DNA of 62,783 bases, the filler included, from Globobulimina sp. (lineage: Eukaryota): assembly GCA_003354225.1 (NCBI GenBank). It is 8 parts of 8 records of this genome, joined end to end, with 100 filler letters (N's around TTAATTAATTAA, not from the genome) between each part and the next. Parts side by side here need not be neighbours in the genome. Positions count along the whole stretch, not along the records: positions 47,204 to 54,952 come from PIVH01000125.1; positions 55,053 to 62,783 come from PIVH01000126.1; 6 more parts are not named here. The stretch is one strand, 5' to 3'. The position numbers and the translations under genes are program-made. How positions within the stretch are numbered: position 1 is the first letter of the stretch; each line of letters starts with the position of its first letter. The notes below the pieces were generated by a model, which was not told where the DNA came from, did not search any database, and was given only the letters and a program-made list of their open reading frames with translations. Of the stretch, positions 48,284-60,274 are shown piece after piece.

Positions 48284-50314
48284 TTACAAATGACTGCTTC
48301 TTTGCTTAGCAATTAGTACCGGTTGCGGATGAATGGAAGCATGATATTCTGATACGTTGCTCAAAGTGGTCGGTACGCTCACCTGCGCTGTTAACTGTCT
48401 ATCATATTTTTGCAACTCCTGCAATGATTTCACCATTTCATTGCTACAGAAACCTTCCTTTGCCATCAATTCAAACACTGACGAAGACGTATTATCATAA
48501 TGTTGTTTATTTGACATTTTGTAGTCTTTGATTCTACTCAAATAATGTTTGCTTGAATCACTTTGCTTTCTCAGAGCATTCACAATCTCCATATCATTCT
48601 CTTTATTTTCGTCCAATATCATCGATGCTGTACCAGCACAGATATCATTGATTGGTACGATACTCTGTGGACTCTCCATCAAACTCATGGGACTGTGCCA
48701 TGGCTCTAAAGATGGAGTTTTTGAGCAAAGTAGTAAAGAATCAGAAATTTTTGTCTCTTCCTGTTTCTTTTGATCATGGCCGTTATTGCTATTTACAACA
48801 GAAAGTTCCAGCGAATTTATCGTAAAGTCCGGATATTTTATTTTTGGTGACTTTGCTTCGGGTTTTTTGTTCTTTAAATAGTTCACAACGCGGCTTCTCT
48901 CGACCATGCCACTATTTTTTCGATCTGGATCCACTATTTTTGTCTTACAACATTCATAACTGCAATGTACCATTTTTGAGCATTGGTATTTAATGAACAT
49001 TGAATTTTTAACAAAAGTAATATTCCATAAAATTGCATTTATACTCCACCATAAAGGGGCTACTAATAATATTATATTTGAATTGTAGCAAAGTTGCATT
49101 GTTGACAGAAATGTGGTTGATATTATAATGCAACATATACCACATATTGCTAATTTATTTATGGTTGTTTTTAGGTCATTCATTAATGTTTCTGCGTAAG
49201 ATACAGATCGCGGATCTTATTTTTATCAATGTATGCCAGCACAGTATATATTATATAATATGCATTGAGCGCAACCATATAATTCCAGAATTCATGAAGA
49301 AAAACGGAAGGTGGTGTTATATGTGCACACAATGCATATTCTGCGGTATAATGTGCATCGGAATGATGTGCAAAAACAAAAAAACATACCTTTATAACGT
49401 TTGTATTGAGTGAGTAACACTGAAATAAATCCATAAATACAATACATATTAAATATGCAATGCGTAAATATAATAATTGGAAATATTATATATGTAAAAT
49501 ATATGTGTATTACGCATAACAAATTGAATATGAGCACATATATTAAATAGAAACAGAATATTTTACTATACGACGGTTTATGCAATTTGATGGCCATAAA
49601 TCGAGTGCTGTAATACCTATAAAAATTCAATAATGTTTCCCATAAAATAGTGCTTAAAATCAGTACATATTGAATGGTGATATACATATTTGTATTCGGC
49701 GGTGTTTGATTTATGAAATCATGGTTCAAATTTTGTACATATTCTGTTATAAAACAATGCTTTTTTAACTGTGTAATATTAATAATTGAAGAAGAATGAA
49801 ACGTATTCGTATAGATATAATATCTGATTAAAAATATGCTAATTATGGTAATGAATAACATCATAAAATATATCAGAACACCGATGGGATAAAATTCAGT
49901 TTCTTCAACGGCAGCATATAAACAACAGCATATATGAGCTTTATCTGCATGGTATCTGCTATGTACATTGCAACACCAGAAATTATTATGCTTTGGACCT
50001 TGCAATACCTCATCCATCACCACAATGCTTGACACTCTCATCCTTTGTGTTATTGATGGTTTGGGTGTGATGGCCTGTCCTTCCATTTTACGTTTACGTT
50101 GATGACGTCCAAAATGAAGAGTCTTTTCATGTGAATTAGCAATGTTTAGACTTGAAATTTGTTTGTTCATATTGTTTCTCTGTGTTTCAGATGACGGACA
50201 CCATTCTACTTTAATGTGTTGATGGAATTCGAAATGATGACAACAATGCAACAAACAACATATTGTCACATCCAACAATGAGATTGAAAATGCTACCAAC
50301 ATAAACACATCCAT
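48284..50314 (-). CDS. Multi-pass (7TM/GPCR-like) membrane protein with a long C-terminal tail; one intron about 49192-49389
   Basis: Series of hydrophobic helices across two ORFs, a FYRY motif after a helix, and a Ser-rich cytosolic tail. Confidence 0.55.
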
Positions 50315-50652
50315 TGTAAAGAGGTTTTTACATCTGATAACGCCAAAAATGATACAAGTTTTATATTAAGAGTAAAAAATTAACTAAATAAGTTGTAATA
50401 CATACACACAAAAATACAGGGAATTTAGAAATAACATAAAAAAACTAATCAGAATACAGATAATTTTATAAAAAAAAGTACTGCAAATTGTTCAAAGCAG
50501 TGTCTGATTTTATATCTCATTGATGAGCAATGTTTATTTGGCATTGGTCACATAATGAGACATATATTAAAATAGTAACAATTTTTAAAAAAAAACATTA
50601 CCGCTCTGACGATTTACAACGCGATTTGGATTATACTGTAATATTTAATATT

Positions 50653-52021
50653 TTATAAAAGGAAAGGATGTTTTTTTATTTCTTTAATAGTTAATCGATA
50701 TTTTTCTTTTTGAAATAACAATCCGATTAAATTGAACATGTCGGGTGTAATATATTCAATTTTATCCCATTCCATAAGCAAATGATGTAAATGCCCATTT
50801 GTTATTAACTTAAATGCAGGATCGCCGATTGATGGTTTTAGCCATGGCGGACAGCCAAATGTCATAATAAAGAAAACCACGGATAAACTCCAACAATCCG
50901 CACATCGCGCATCGAATACTTGTTTTTTTTCATACACTTTTGGGGCTTTATACTGCGTTTTGCCGACAAATTTGCTGCAACTGAAATCAATCGGATTGAA
51001 CACTACAAATAACAAAATGTATACAAATAATAAATATACGCAGAACGCAGTTACGTACCTTCAGACAAACCAAGGTCAATTATTTTAATTTCAAAGCCTG
51101 GTACAAATGTGATCTTTTTTGAATGTTCATCTTCTGACACCATCACATTACCAATTACGAAATTTTCTAAACTAAGGTCCAAATGACAACAACTTATTAG
51201 TTTGTGCGTACAAAATTATATATATTATAAACATTAATAAAAAGACATTTGATCGAGTCAACTGACACGGACTTAACTGCATCGTATTATGCATCCAATC
51301 AATGGCATCCACCATTTGTTTCATTGCCATTTTACAAAAATATTGCCACTCTTTTATGGCAAGTATTTTATCATTAATATATTGATGGCATCTCTTAACA
51401 AAATCAAATAATGACATTTCACCGCCATCCTCCATCACTAAAAAATAATTAAATTCGTCACAAAAAAAATCGACATATTTCACAACGAATGATGATGGTT
51501 TGGCAGTACATGTGAGATATTTTAAAATGGAGGCTTCTCTGATTATATTTTCCGAGAGTTTTATTTCTTTTCCATTATGAACTGCCATACTCTTATTATG
51601 CAATAATTTATTTGTAACTTTGATAATATATTTGGTTCTGTTCAAACCGACACCTTTCGATACTGAATAAATACAGCCTGTTGCATGCAAGCAATGAGTG
51701 AATATTTAATAAGTAATTTAATTACAGAGATACGTACAGTCAGATACGTACAGTCAGAAAATATACGTACGGTCAGATTTATTTTCTGATCGACTGAAAT
51801 TTCTGACATCAAATACGTTTATATACCTTGTAAAGTTTGAGCGATTTTTTTTATTGGCGTATAATGTTGATTTTGGATTGTAGTTTCTGCGAAATATTCC
51901 ACTGACTGAATTCTAACATTCTGTATATATACAATAATGAGTAAAACAACATTGCATCACTAATATATGTAGATCATAGAAACGAATAAATCTAAACTGT
52001 TGCAGTTTGTGACGCTAACAT
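50653..52021 (-). CDS. Ser/Thr protein kinase, multi-exon
   Basis: IAQTLQG, IIK, REASIL, LVMEDGG, CHLDLSLEN, IIDLGLSE, VGKTQYKAPK, ADCWSL and HPF motifs. GT-AG introns join the pieces from ATG 52021. Confidence 0.85.
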
Positions 52022-52439
52022 AGTTAAAGTTGGCGATGTTAGCGTCAATTTCAGGTTGGATATATTTTTGAAACAGGAAAATTTAAAGAGTTTTTTACTT
52101 GAAACTTACTGCAGATTTTACAAGAATATTTTCCTGAAATGGTTTCAAAAAAAGTAAACAAATCAACCAACCAACCAACCATTTTTTGATTATAATATTG
52201 TATTTTACCTCAACATAGAAAAACTTTTTTGTATATTTCCTCATGCCTTAGAATTGTATTACAGAGAAAAAATAAAAATACCAAATGAATAAAATTATTA
52301 AAATTACTATGTATGTAAACAAAACAAGCCAGGGAAAAAAAATAAAAATAATTGAAAAATAGAATATATTAAACAAAACGCTCTCGCGTGATTAATAAAT
52401 GTGGCAAGCATATAAATACGCACATTATTAATCACCTTT

Positions 52440-53684
52440 TTATAGGAAAGGTGGGTAAAAAGACAATAATAAATCGACAATGTCAAATGGTTTCGATTGC
52501 ATAGTGTTTATTTCTGCGACATAACTATATATTAATTGTTTGTAATGTTTCTGTTGATAAAATCTGATCATTTCATATGGTATAATATCCCCTAAATATA
52601 ATTTAAAATGTTGAATTTGTTCATTATCGTCCTCCTGAAGTATTAAATGCAACGCGTTCATCTTTGCATCGATTGTTCCTAAAAATGAATGCTCAAAAAT
52701 AATTTCAGGCGCATTTTTCCGTGATTTAAATATTTTATGTTCCACTAAATCAACAAACCAAATTTCATGACAGTATCTGTCTAAACATTCATCATAAAGC
52801 AAGACAAACATCATTAGGAAATGATTATAGGTTAAAAAAGCAAAACATGCATCAATGTCATGCTCGATATCAATCTCAAACCTATTCCATGCAAAAGCAA
52901 CACCATTACGCAGCTCACAACAAAATATCTCACCAAAATTATTTATGGCAATTAACTGCTTTGTTTGCTCACAAAATGTCGTAAATATTGGCTCAAAAGC
53001 TAAGTTTGAACATAACACAGAGGCATTTATTGCAGTTGTCGGACTATTTCGGCTCACTAAGAAATGGTTTGTGTTTTGGAAATTGGTGGTACAAATAAGG
53101 TGTAATTGGTCGGACGGAACGCAGCATAAATGCGGATTAAATATATTGCAAAGTGCCATGCAATCGATGTGATTTGAATAGGTTATAATCATTTTTTTAA
53201 TATCATAGATTTGCAATATTGGGCCGTAATTATTGTAGCCAGTGCCAAATATATATAATAAATCTTTTTCTTCATCGATTGCTATGCTGTCTATGGAGGT
53301 TGTTTTCGATACAAAATTACTGACATTATCCCAGTGATTTGCGAGAATATTATATTGATAAATTGTTTTCGTGCCATTTTGATTCAATGTTATTAAGAAC
53401 AAACAATGTGCTTTTTGAGAGAATATTAAGTTACTTTTCTTATTTGAAATAACTACATCATTCGGAGGGATATTTAATGGAATGGAATGCAAAGTATTTG
53501 TGTGAATTGGTAATGTTTGATTAATGTGTATCCATTCATCAAGATCGGAATCATCATCACAATCATAATGAATTTTAATTTGATCTTTATAGAAATCTAC
53601 GATTGTTGCTATGTGCCATGCATTTTCATTCTCTGACAGAACATCCACTGCTTTGCCTAATTCCAGACAATGGGTGTTGGACAT
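52440..53684 (-). CDS. N-terminal Tudor/chromo-barrel-like domain plus Kelch-like beta-propeller
   Basis: VDVL...WHIATIV...IKIHYD...DEWI followed by repeated beta-blade segments (YQYNILANHW, LYIFG). Confidence 0.65.
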   Translation of the reverse strand: MSNTHCLELGKAVDVLSENENAWHIATIVDFYKDQIKIHYDCDDDSDLDEWIHINQTLPIHTNTLHSIPLNIPPNDVVISNKKSNLIFSQKAHCLFLITLNQNGTKTIYQYNILANHWDNVSNFVSKTTSIDSIAIDEEKDLLYIFGTGYNNYGPILQIYDIKKMIITYSNHIDCMALCNIFNPHLCCVPSDQLHLICTTNFQNTNHFLVSRNSPTTAINASVLCSNLAFEPIFTTFCEQTKQLIAINNFGEIFCCELRNGVAFAWNRFEIDIEHDIDACFAFLTYNHFLMMFVLLYDECLDRYCHEIWFVDLVEHKIFKSRKNAPEIIFEHSFLGTIDAKMNALHLILQEDDNEQIQHFKLYLGDIIPYEMIRFYQQKHYKQLIYSYVAEINTMQSKPFDIVDLLLSFYPPFL

Positions 53685-53736
53685 GATTAGTTTAGTGAGC
53701 TCGAGTCAAACTCCAAAACTTCCACATCTTCCAAAC

Positions 53737-54399
53737 ATGGCACAAGAAGCCAAAAAAGAAGAGAAATATCAAGCAGATGGGATGTTTGCATCTGACGAAG
53801 TTATACCTGATGTGGTTGATATTGAACCGCAACAAACTTTAATAGTTAAATGGGCTGCATCGCGTTTGGATAAATATGGAGCAGAATTAACTCCGACGTT
53901 AAAACATTCCGTTTTCTTGTTGTTTAAATGTATATGATATATCAGACAAGTAAAGAATGAACCTATATTTTCAGTGGGTGGTGGCGTTGATGCCGATGTA
54001 TTATACACAGTTATTATGACCGACCCCGATGCAAAAGATAGGATAAAACATGCAAAACGAGAATGGGTTCATTTTGTAGCAATTAATGTAGGAATTGTAG
54101 TGAATCAAGATGCTAAGAATGGAAATGCTAAATATATATTTGATACATCATCCGGAGTGATATTGATCGAATATATCGGAGCTAAACCACCAAAAGGAAC
54201 AGGATTGCATCGTTATGTATTTTTAGTTTATCAACAAGCAAAAAAAGTGGATATTGACAACTGTGGTCAAGATAAATTAGGCAAAAAAGGTAAAGGTAGA
54301 GCTTGTTGGAACGCCCGTCAATTTGCTAAAAAAAATGATATGAAAGTATTACTTGCTGGCAATTTCTTTCAATGCCAAAACGAATCTAATAAAAAATAG
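53737..54399 (+). CDS. PEBP: Phosphatidylethanolamine-binding protein (PEBP/RKIP family); intron 53898-53945
   Basis: VIPDV, ELTPTQVKNEP, YTVIMTDPDA, REWVHF, PPKGTGLHRYVFLVYQQ and AGNFF motifs. Confidence 0.93.
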
Positions 54400-55239
54400 A
54401 ATTTGTTGTGAATTAATGTCAGAAATGTATTGTATTGTACAACCTGTAATGCGTGTCAATTTGTGTCAATTAAATGTTCAGTAATGCTAATTTGTTATAT
54501 CGATTTAGAATCGTACGTGTATGAATGCTGCCAAATATCGTCGTAAACAAAACATGACAAGACCATAATTGAGGCCATTCAAACAAAAAAAAAATCAACA
54601 TCGTCAATTAAGGTTGGCTCACTTGCTCCAAAAGATGCATTTTGGCAGTTTGTTGGTGATATGCCACCAGTTTCAAATACTGTAGTATTACTTGCTTGAT
54701 TATTTGACGATAATTGTTCTAAATTCAGTTCAGAGCTGTTTGCCGAGGCGTGCATAAAAGTTAGCATAGCATCCAATTGTGCGTCGATAAATGTTTTGCA
54801 ACAACAAATTTTGCTCAATGTGCTCAAAAAATATCTATATTGAGCGGTATTATGTTGTTGCATGAGAAACATTGAGATATTCTGTGTGATTGGAAACAAT
54901 GAATACATTATGTTCAATGTATAGATACTATCCCAAAATGTTAATATTAACGNNNNNNNNNNNNNNNNNNNNNNNNNNNNNNNNNNNNNNNNNNNNTTAA
55001 TTAATTAANNNNNNNNNNNNNNNNNNNNNNNNNNNNNNNNNNNNNNNNNNNNGAAATAAACCTGGATTATATCAAAAATGTTTAACGACTGAGTTTCAAC
55101 CAAGCTGCAAGGCTTTACATCATACTACTTCCAGAATATGCCCCTGTGCTTAGTATCTTACCTATTTAATAAACACTTAGTGCGAGTGCAAGGATGCATA
55201 CGTGTTTTAAATATAAATCATTGTAATGTGTGCTGTCTG

Positions 55240-58096
55240 TCACTGCTGTAGACTGATTGATGCATCATTTGAAACATCAACATTGACAAATAAATTCTGA
55301 TCCACACCGTTTGAAAATTGTATCCTATATTGACCAGGAAACAGTGTTGCTTCTCCATTCACATCATAGAGCATCAAATCAGTTGATTTATCCAATGTCC
55401 ATTTGAATATAAATGATTCACTTTCCATCAACTGTGTTTTATCAAATTCAACCAATCTCCTCACCATTTTAGCAGCAGGTTCAATGTTTGCAATTGTAGA
55501 ATTTCCAGGCGGCACAATAAAAACAAAGATTGTCTCACAACCTTCTCTCTCCCCAACATTTGTAATTTCAACACAAAACAAATTGTTACTTTGGTTGCAA
55601 TCGCTTGTGTTGTTAACAAACTTAAATTGAAATGAAGTGTAACTGATTCCATGACCAAAAGCAAACAATGGAGGCGTACCCGACCAGTATTTATACGTTC
55701 TGCCAAAGGGTGGCGCAGTTAGGTCCATACCATGCCAATCAGTAAAAGTTGTGAAATTGGACCAATACATTGTTACTGGCAACTTGCCGCATGGATTATT
55801 AGCACCAAATAACGTATCCGCAATGGCTTCTGCCCCTCGCCAACCTATTTAGTCACACAAAGTATATTAAAAAACAAAAAATAATGCACCATATAGCAGC
55901 AATGAGCAGACCTGGATACCACACCTCTAATATGGCGGGGCATTCTTCTTTTAATTCATCAATAGCAACAATGCCACCATTAACTAATACTAACACTGTC
56001 GGTTTGTGCAATGCACATATTTGCGACGCTAATAATTGTTGATATCCTGGCAAGGATATATTTGTACGATCAATTCCTTCTTTTTCAATTTGTTGATTTA
56101 GTCCCATTATTAATACAATAACATCAGATTTATTTGCAGTTTGTATGGCATTTTCAAATCCTGCGGTCGAATTACATAAAACATCACATCCTTTTTTCAA
56201 ATACAAGACGTTTGTAGTTAGAGTAAGACACAAACACAGATGCATACCTTGTGCGGATAAAATATTGTTAGAATCAATATATTTTGCAATACCACTGTTA
56301 ATAATGGACGGTACACATTGAGTACTGCCAAACTCACGACATAGTTGTCCTGTGTATCCGCCTTGAATTAATAAATCTGTTGTTGCGTTGTAATGCACTC
56401 CAATTATGCCATATATTAATTGTCTATTAGTTGCGTCAAATGGTAATGTTTTATTTTCATTTTTGAGTAACGTCATAGTTTGATGTGTCGCAAATAAATT
56501 CAATTCTTTATGTTTTTCATTATTTATCACAGATCCTGGTACATTAAAATATGTTTGTTGAGCCACAGGTTGGTCAAATAAACCTAATTCGAATCTTATT
56601 CTAAACGAATTGAACAACGCTTCATCCACTGAGTATCAACCAATGTATATACCTAAAAACCTAAAAAAACAATGTATGCAAAGGGAGCATACCTAGATTG
56701 ACTGGAATCTCGTTGTTGTTGACTAACATTGGTACATAGTCTGTATATGGTGAGCTGGTACCATAATCACTTCCTGTCGCATAATATGAGCCATGTCCAC
56801 TGTTAATATCACACGTTGCAGTCAAGCCATCAACCACTGCTTGCGATAGATTTGTCGTATAATGGTGTCCTGCATATGCTTGTTTAATAGCACCTGTGTC
56901 TGATGTTACATATCCATTAAACTTCCATTTTTCTCGCAACGTCTGTTTTAATAAGAAATCATCCAAACAAGCAGGCACACCATTCACTGGAGTATTAGAA
57001 AAGATATTGTTATATTCAAATGCAAATAAATAAGTAGATGCGTGTTGTACCTGCATTATAACTGCACATAACACCTCGTGGATTGGCGTGAGATATGGTA
57101 TATGCAAATGGAGGGAAATAAGTATCGCTAAACATATATTTACTTACATTTGCATCAAACGTAAAACTTTGATATCCTCCAAGACTGTACGCAGCAAAAT
57201 GTTTCAATGTTGCAACTGTAGAACAACAATATTTAGTTTTGGTAGCGGATGGAATTAAATGAATAAAGTAAATGTGTGGAGATTGGATACCTGTTTGGAA
57301 ATAATTTGGATCATAGTAACCTGAGTCAATGCTGCCATTTTGCAGTCCCAATGTAAACATTGTGCCATAAATAGAGTCTAACAACATATGATATCACACA
57401 AAATAAAATGTACAAATAAAAAATAAAAAAACAAAACTCAACTCCAATATGGATCTTCACTGATAACCTCATACATTCTACCCCTTTAATATGAGATTAA
57501 ATATCAAATTAACACATATATTTCATATACAATGTACGTACCATCGTGGATCTCTGCCTATGTTCTATATGTTTATGACACACAAATTATATTCTTACGG
57601 CACACGGACATAACATGCAGTATATCAACTTAACAATAGTCGGTCCCCAACATGTTAAACCAATATGGGGAAGATTTGATTGTTTATTCTCTCCGACACC
57701 CTCAGCCCAAAGCGCTCTCATTTCCAATCCGATGGCAGCAGATATATTTCTTATTAATGTTTTATTAAATGTACTGCCCAAACCATTTGGTTCCGGGAAA
57801 AGTGTTGGGCAATTTGACCCGCATCGAGATAATACAGAATGAATACAATTGGCACCCCAATCAAATTCTGGTATTCCTAATCTATCGATTGCATTGGCTG
57901 GTGATTGACGCGCTGTTAATAACACGGCTTTCTCGTCCAATGTTAACAAAGATATTAAGTCATTGATTCTCTCCTCAAATGAGTATGTTTTGTTGCAGAA
58001 TTTGTATTCACTTTTGCCATAACATGCCACTGGTACTGTATCTGAGTGACATATTGCCAGTAACAAAACAACAATGAAACACAACACCGGGGACAT
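55240..58096 (-). CDS. Secreted glycoside hydrolase family 3, beta-xylosidase-like; many introns
   Basis: Signal peptide; LTLDEK, RLGIP, RDPRWGR..E..SEDP, TLKHF, MCSYN, GYVTSD (nucleophile Asp), LLKN, EGIDR, WYPG, GRTYKY and FGHGISYT motifs. Confidence 0.92.
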
Positions 58097-58201
58097 GGTG
58101 TTTTAGTGAAATCAAAAAAAAAAAAGGTTGAGTAGAACAGGTTTAATAACTTTATATATATATACGTTTTTATACACAATAAATTATACTTTTGTTAGTT
58201 T

Positions 58202-60201
58202 TCACTTTTGCCTTTGTTTTTTCATAGGTGGTGCAATGAGAATAGTATTGTTATTGCCATTATTATTCCTTTTCTTTTTTTTACTATTTTTTTTACTATT
58301 TTTTTTACTATTTTTTTTAATCATTGGATTGAGAATATGCGTATTAATCGGAGCACATTCTTGTAAATTCTCCAGATGGACCCAATATAAATCTGGTTTT
58401 GGCTGCGGTTTATACCATTCATTAAACTCATTTTTTACTAATAACACAACTTGAACCTGCGCACTAAATTTGTCATTTAGACAAACTTGCGCCATATGCC
58501 ACGATAAATACTTATCAATTTCTTTATTCTTACTCTCATTGCTTTGATGTTTTAATTTATACAATGACTGATAATATAAATGCAATGGTTTCACTTCGAT
58601 ATAATCCCCAAATGGTTTTTTTAATGAAACATATTTCATTGCGTCTCCATGTAATCCTCGCTCCGATATACTGCCAAAATTATTATATCTTTTAAATTGA
58701 TATTTGGGAATACTCCAAACATTCCACTTATTGTCCCAATTTATATAATGAATGCCAAATTTGAAATGCTTCTGATCCGCATCCCATTTAATTTGCATTA
58801 TTTTCGCTTTCAAATATCGCCCATTAAAATCTCTGTAATCAATCAATTGATTCTTGCCAAATCGTAATACATTCTGTAAGTCCAAATGTAGCGGATAATC
58901 AATATTATCATTTGTTATATCAATGGCAATTATGTTCCTTTTCTTTTTCTTTCTATTTTTTTTGTTTTTTAAATTTATAATTGGTTGTGATTCAGAATCA
59001 GATGAAGAATCTGAATTATTTAAATTTATGCTGTTTATGTTATTAATGCCTCCCATAACATTTAATTTCTTTGATAGAACATTATGGTCATTTGAATGGT
59101 TTGATACTTTTGGTGGAAACATTGGTTTTCGTAACTCCATCAATCTCTTATTTTGTTTATTTACAAATTGCTGAATCTGTGGTTTGTACCCTTCGATTAC
59201 ATCCAATACAATGTTTTTCCATTTCGGAATTCCATTTTTATGACTATTTATTGCGTGATTTTCAAATGATTTCTTATATTTATTATTTATTGCATCAATA
59301 TAATTTTTATGCACTTGTAATTCATCCAATTTGTCATTGGCATCTTTCATAAACTTTGATAAATGCATTTTCATTTCTTTTTTTTGTAAAGATAACATAT
59401 TTAATCTATTATCAATGTGTTGGATTACGAGTGATGTGGACCGTTGATATTGTTTTAAGTCATTATGTACATCGCATATATGTTTATTATATGACTCTGA
59501 TATTGCGGCTAATCCGTCTTGTACCAATATGTCAGGCGTGTTACTCGCATGTACCATATCTTTAAATGAAATAAAATTATCCGATGATGCAGTGCATGGT
59601 CCACGTATACAATCTGTTATTTGCGCTATATTTATTTTCCTGTTATTATCGTTTTTGGGAAACGATTCATTCATTTGACTGTCGGTTTCAATCTGTGTGT
59701 TTATATTTGGGTTTCCGTGTATTGTATTTGTATTTGTATGGTGGTTGAATGAGGGTGTGGCCAATGATAAATTATGCGGTAAACTGTTTGTTTTGGCAAT
59801 ATTTTGTGGAATGGACATTGAAATGCATGGTAATGGCAATGATGTGATGGCAGATAATATGTTGTGTTTTTGTGTTGATATTTGTGAATTGGAATATTGA
59901 GTCGGTTTGAATACCGCTAACTCGTTGATGATTGAGTCAAATATTTCAAATTGTTGCTGACCTAAAATAGGTTTTGCGCCATTAATACACTCCGAACTAT
60001 GATAATATTTATATCAAAAATGTACTGTTGATACAAAAAAATATGAATTTACCTTTTATTTGCTGCAACAGAATGAGATATTTTGGTTATGTCTGAATTA
60101 TCTGAATTATGTCTGAATTTGTTTTCTTCCAATATTTGTAATAGGTCTTGTATCTGTGTGTTATTTTTGGTGTTTTTCATATCAATATGTGGTGAGTTCA
60201 T
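58202..60201 (-). CDS. Probable nuclear protein with a coiled-coil and C-terminal Tudor/MBT-like barrel domains; spliced
   Basis: IDYRDFNGRYLKAKI...IHYINWDNKWNVW pattern and Lys-rich NLS-like tracts. First exon inferred at 60201-60053. Confidence 0.6.
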
Positions 60202-60274
60202 AATGGTTTGAAACAGTTTTTGTGTTTTACTGAATGTTGCCAAAGTTTTTTTTGTTTTTTTACTGTTTGTAGTA

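Noticed and set aside
51728-51777. AGATACGTACAGTC tandem repeat
   Set aside because: A short slippage repeat inside a kinase intron, with no sign of function.
54579-54917. 112-aa minus-strand ORF at a contig end
   Set aside because: Possibly an exon of a truncated gene, but there is no recognisable motif to support a call.
58265-58320. TTACTATTTTTT tandem repeat
   Set aside because: It encodes KKNS low-complexity repeats in the minus-strand gene. The hydrophobic plus-strand ORF 58128..58454 is its shadow.
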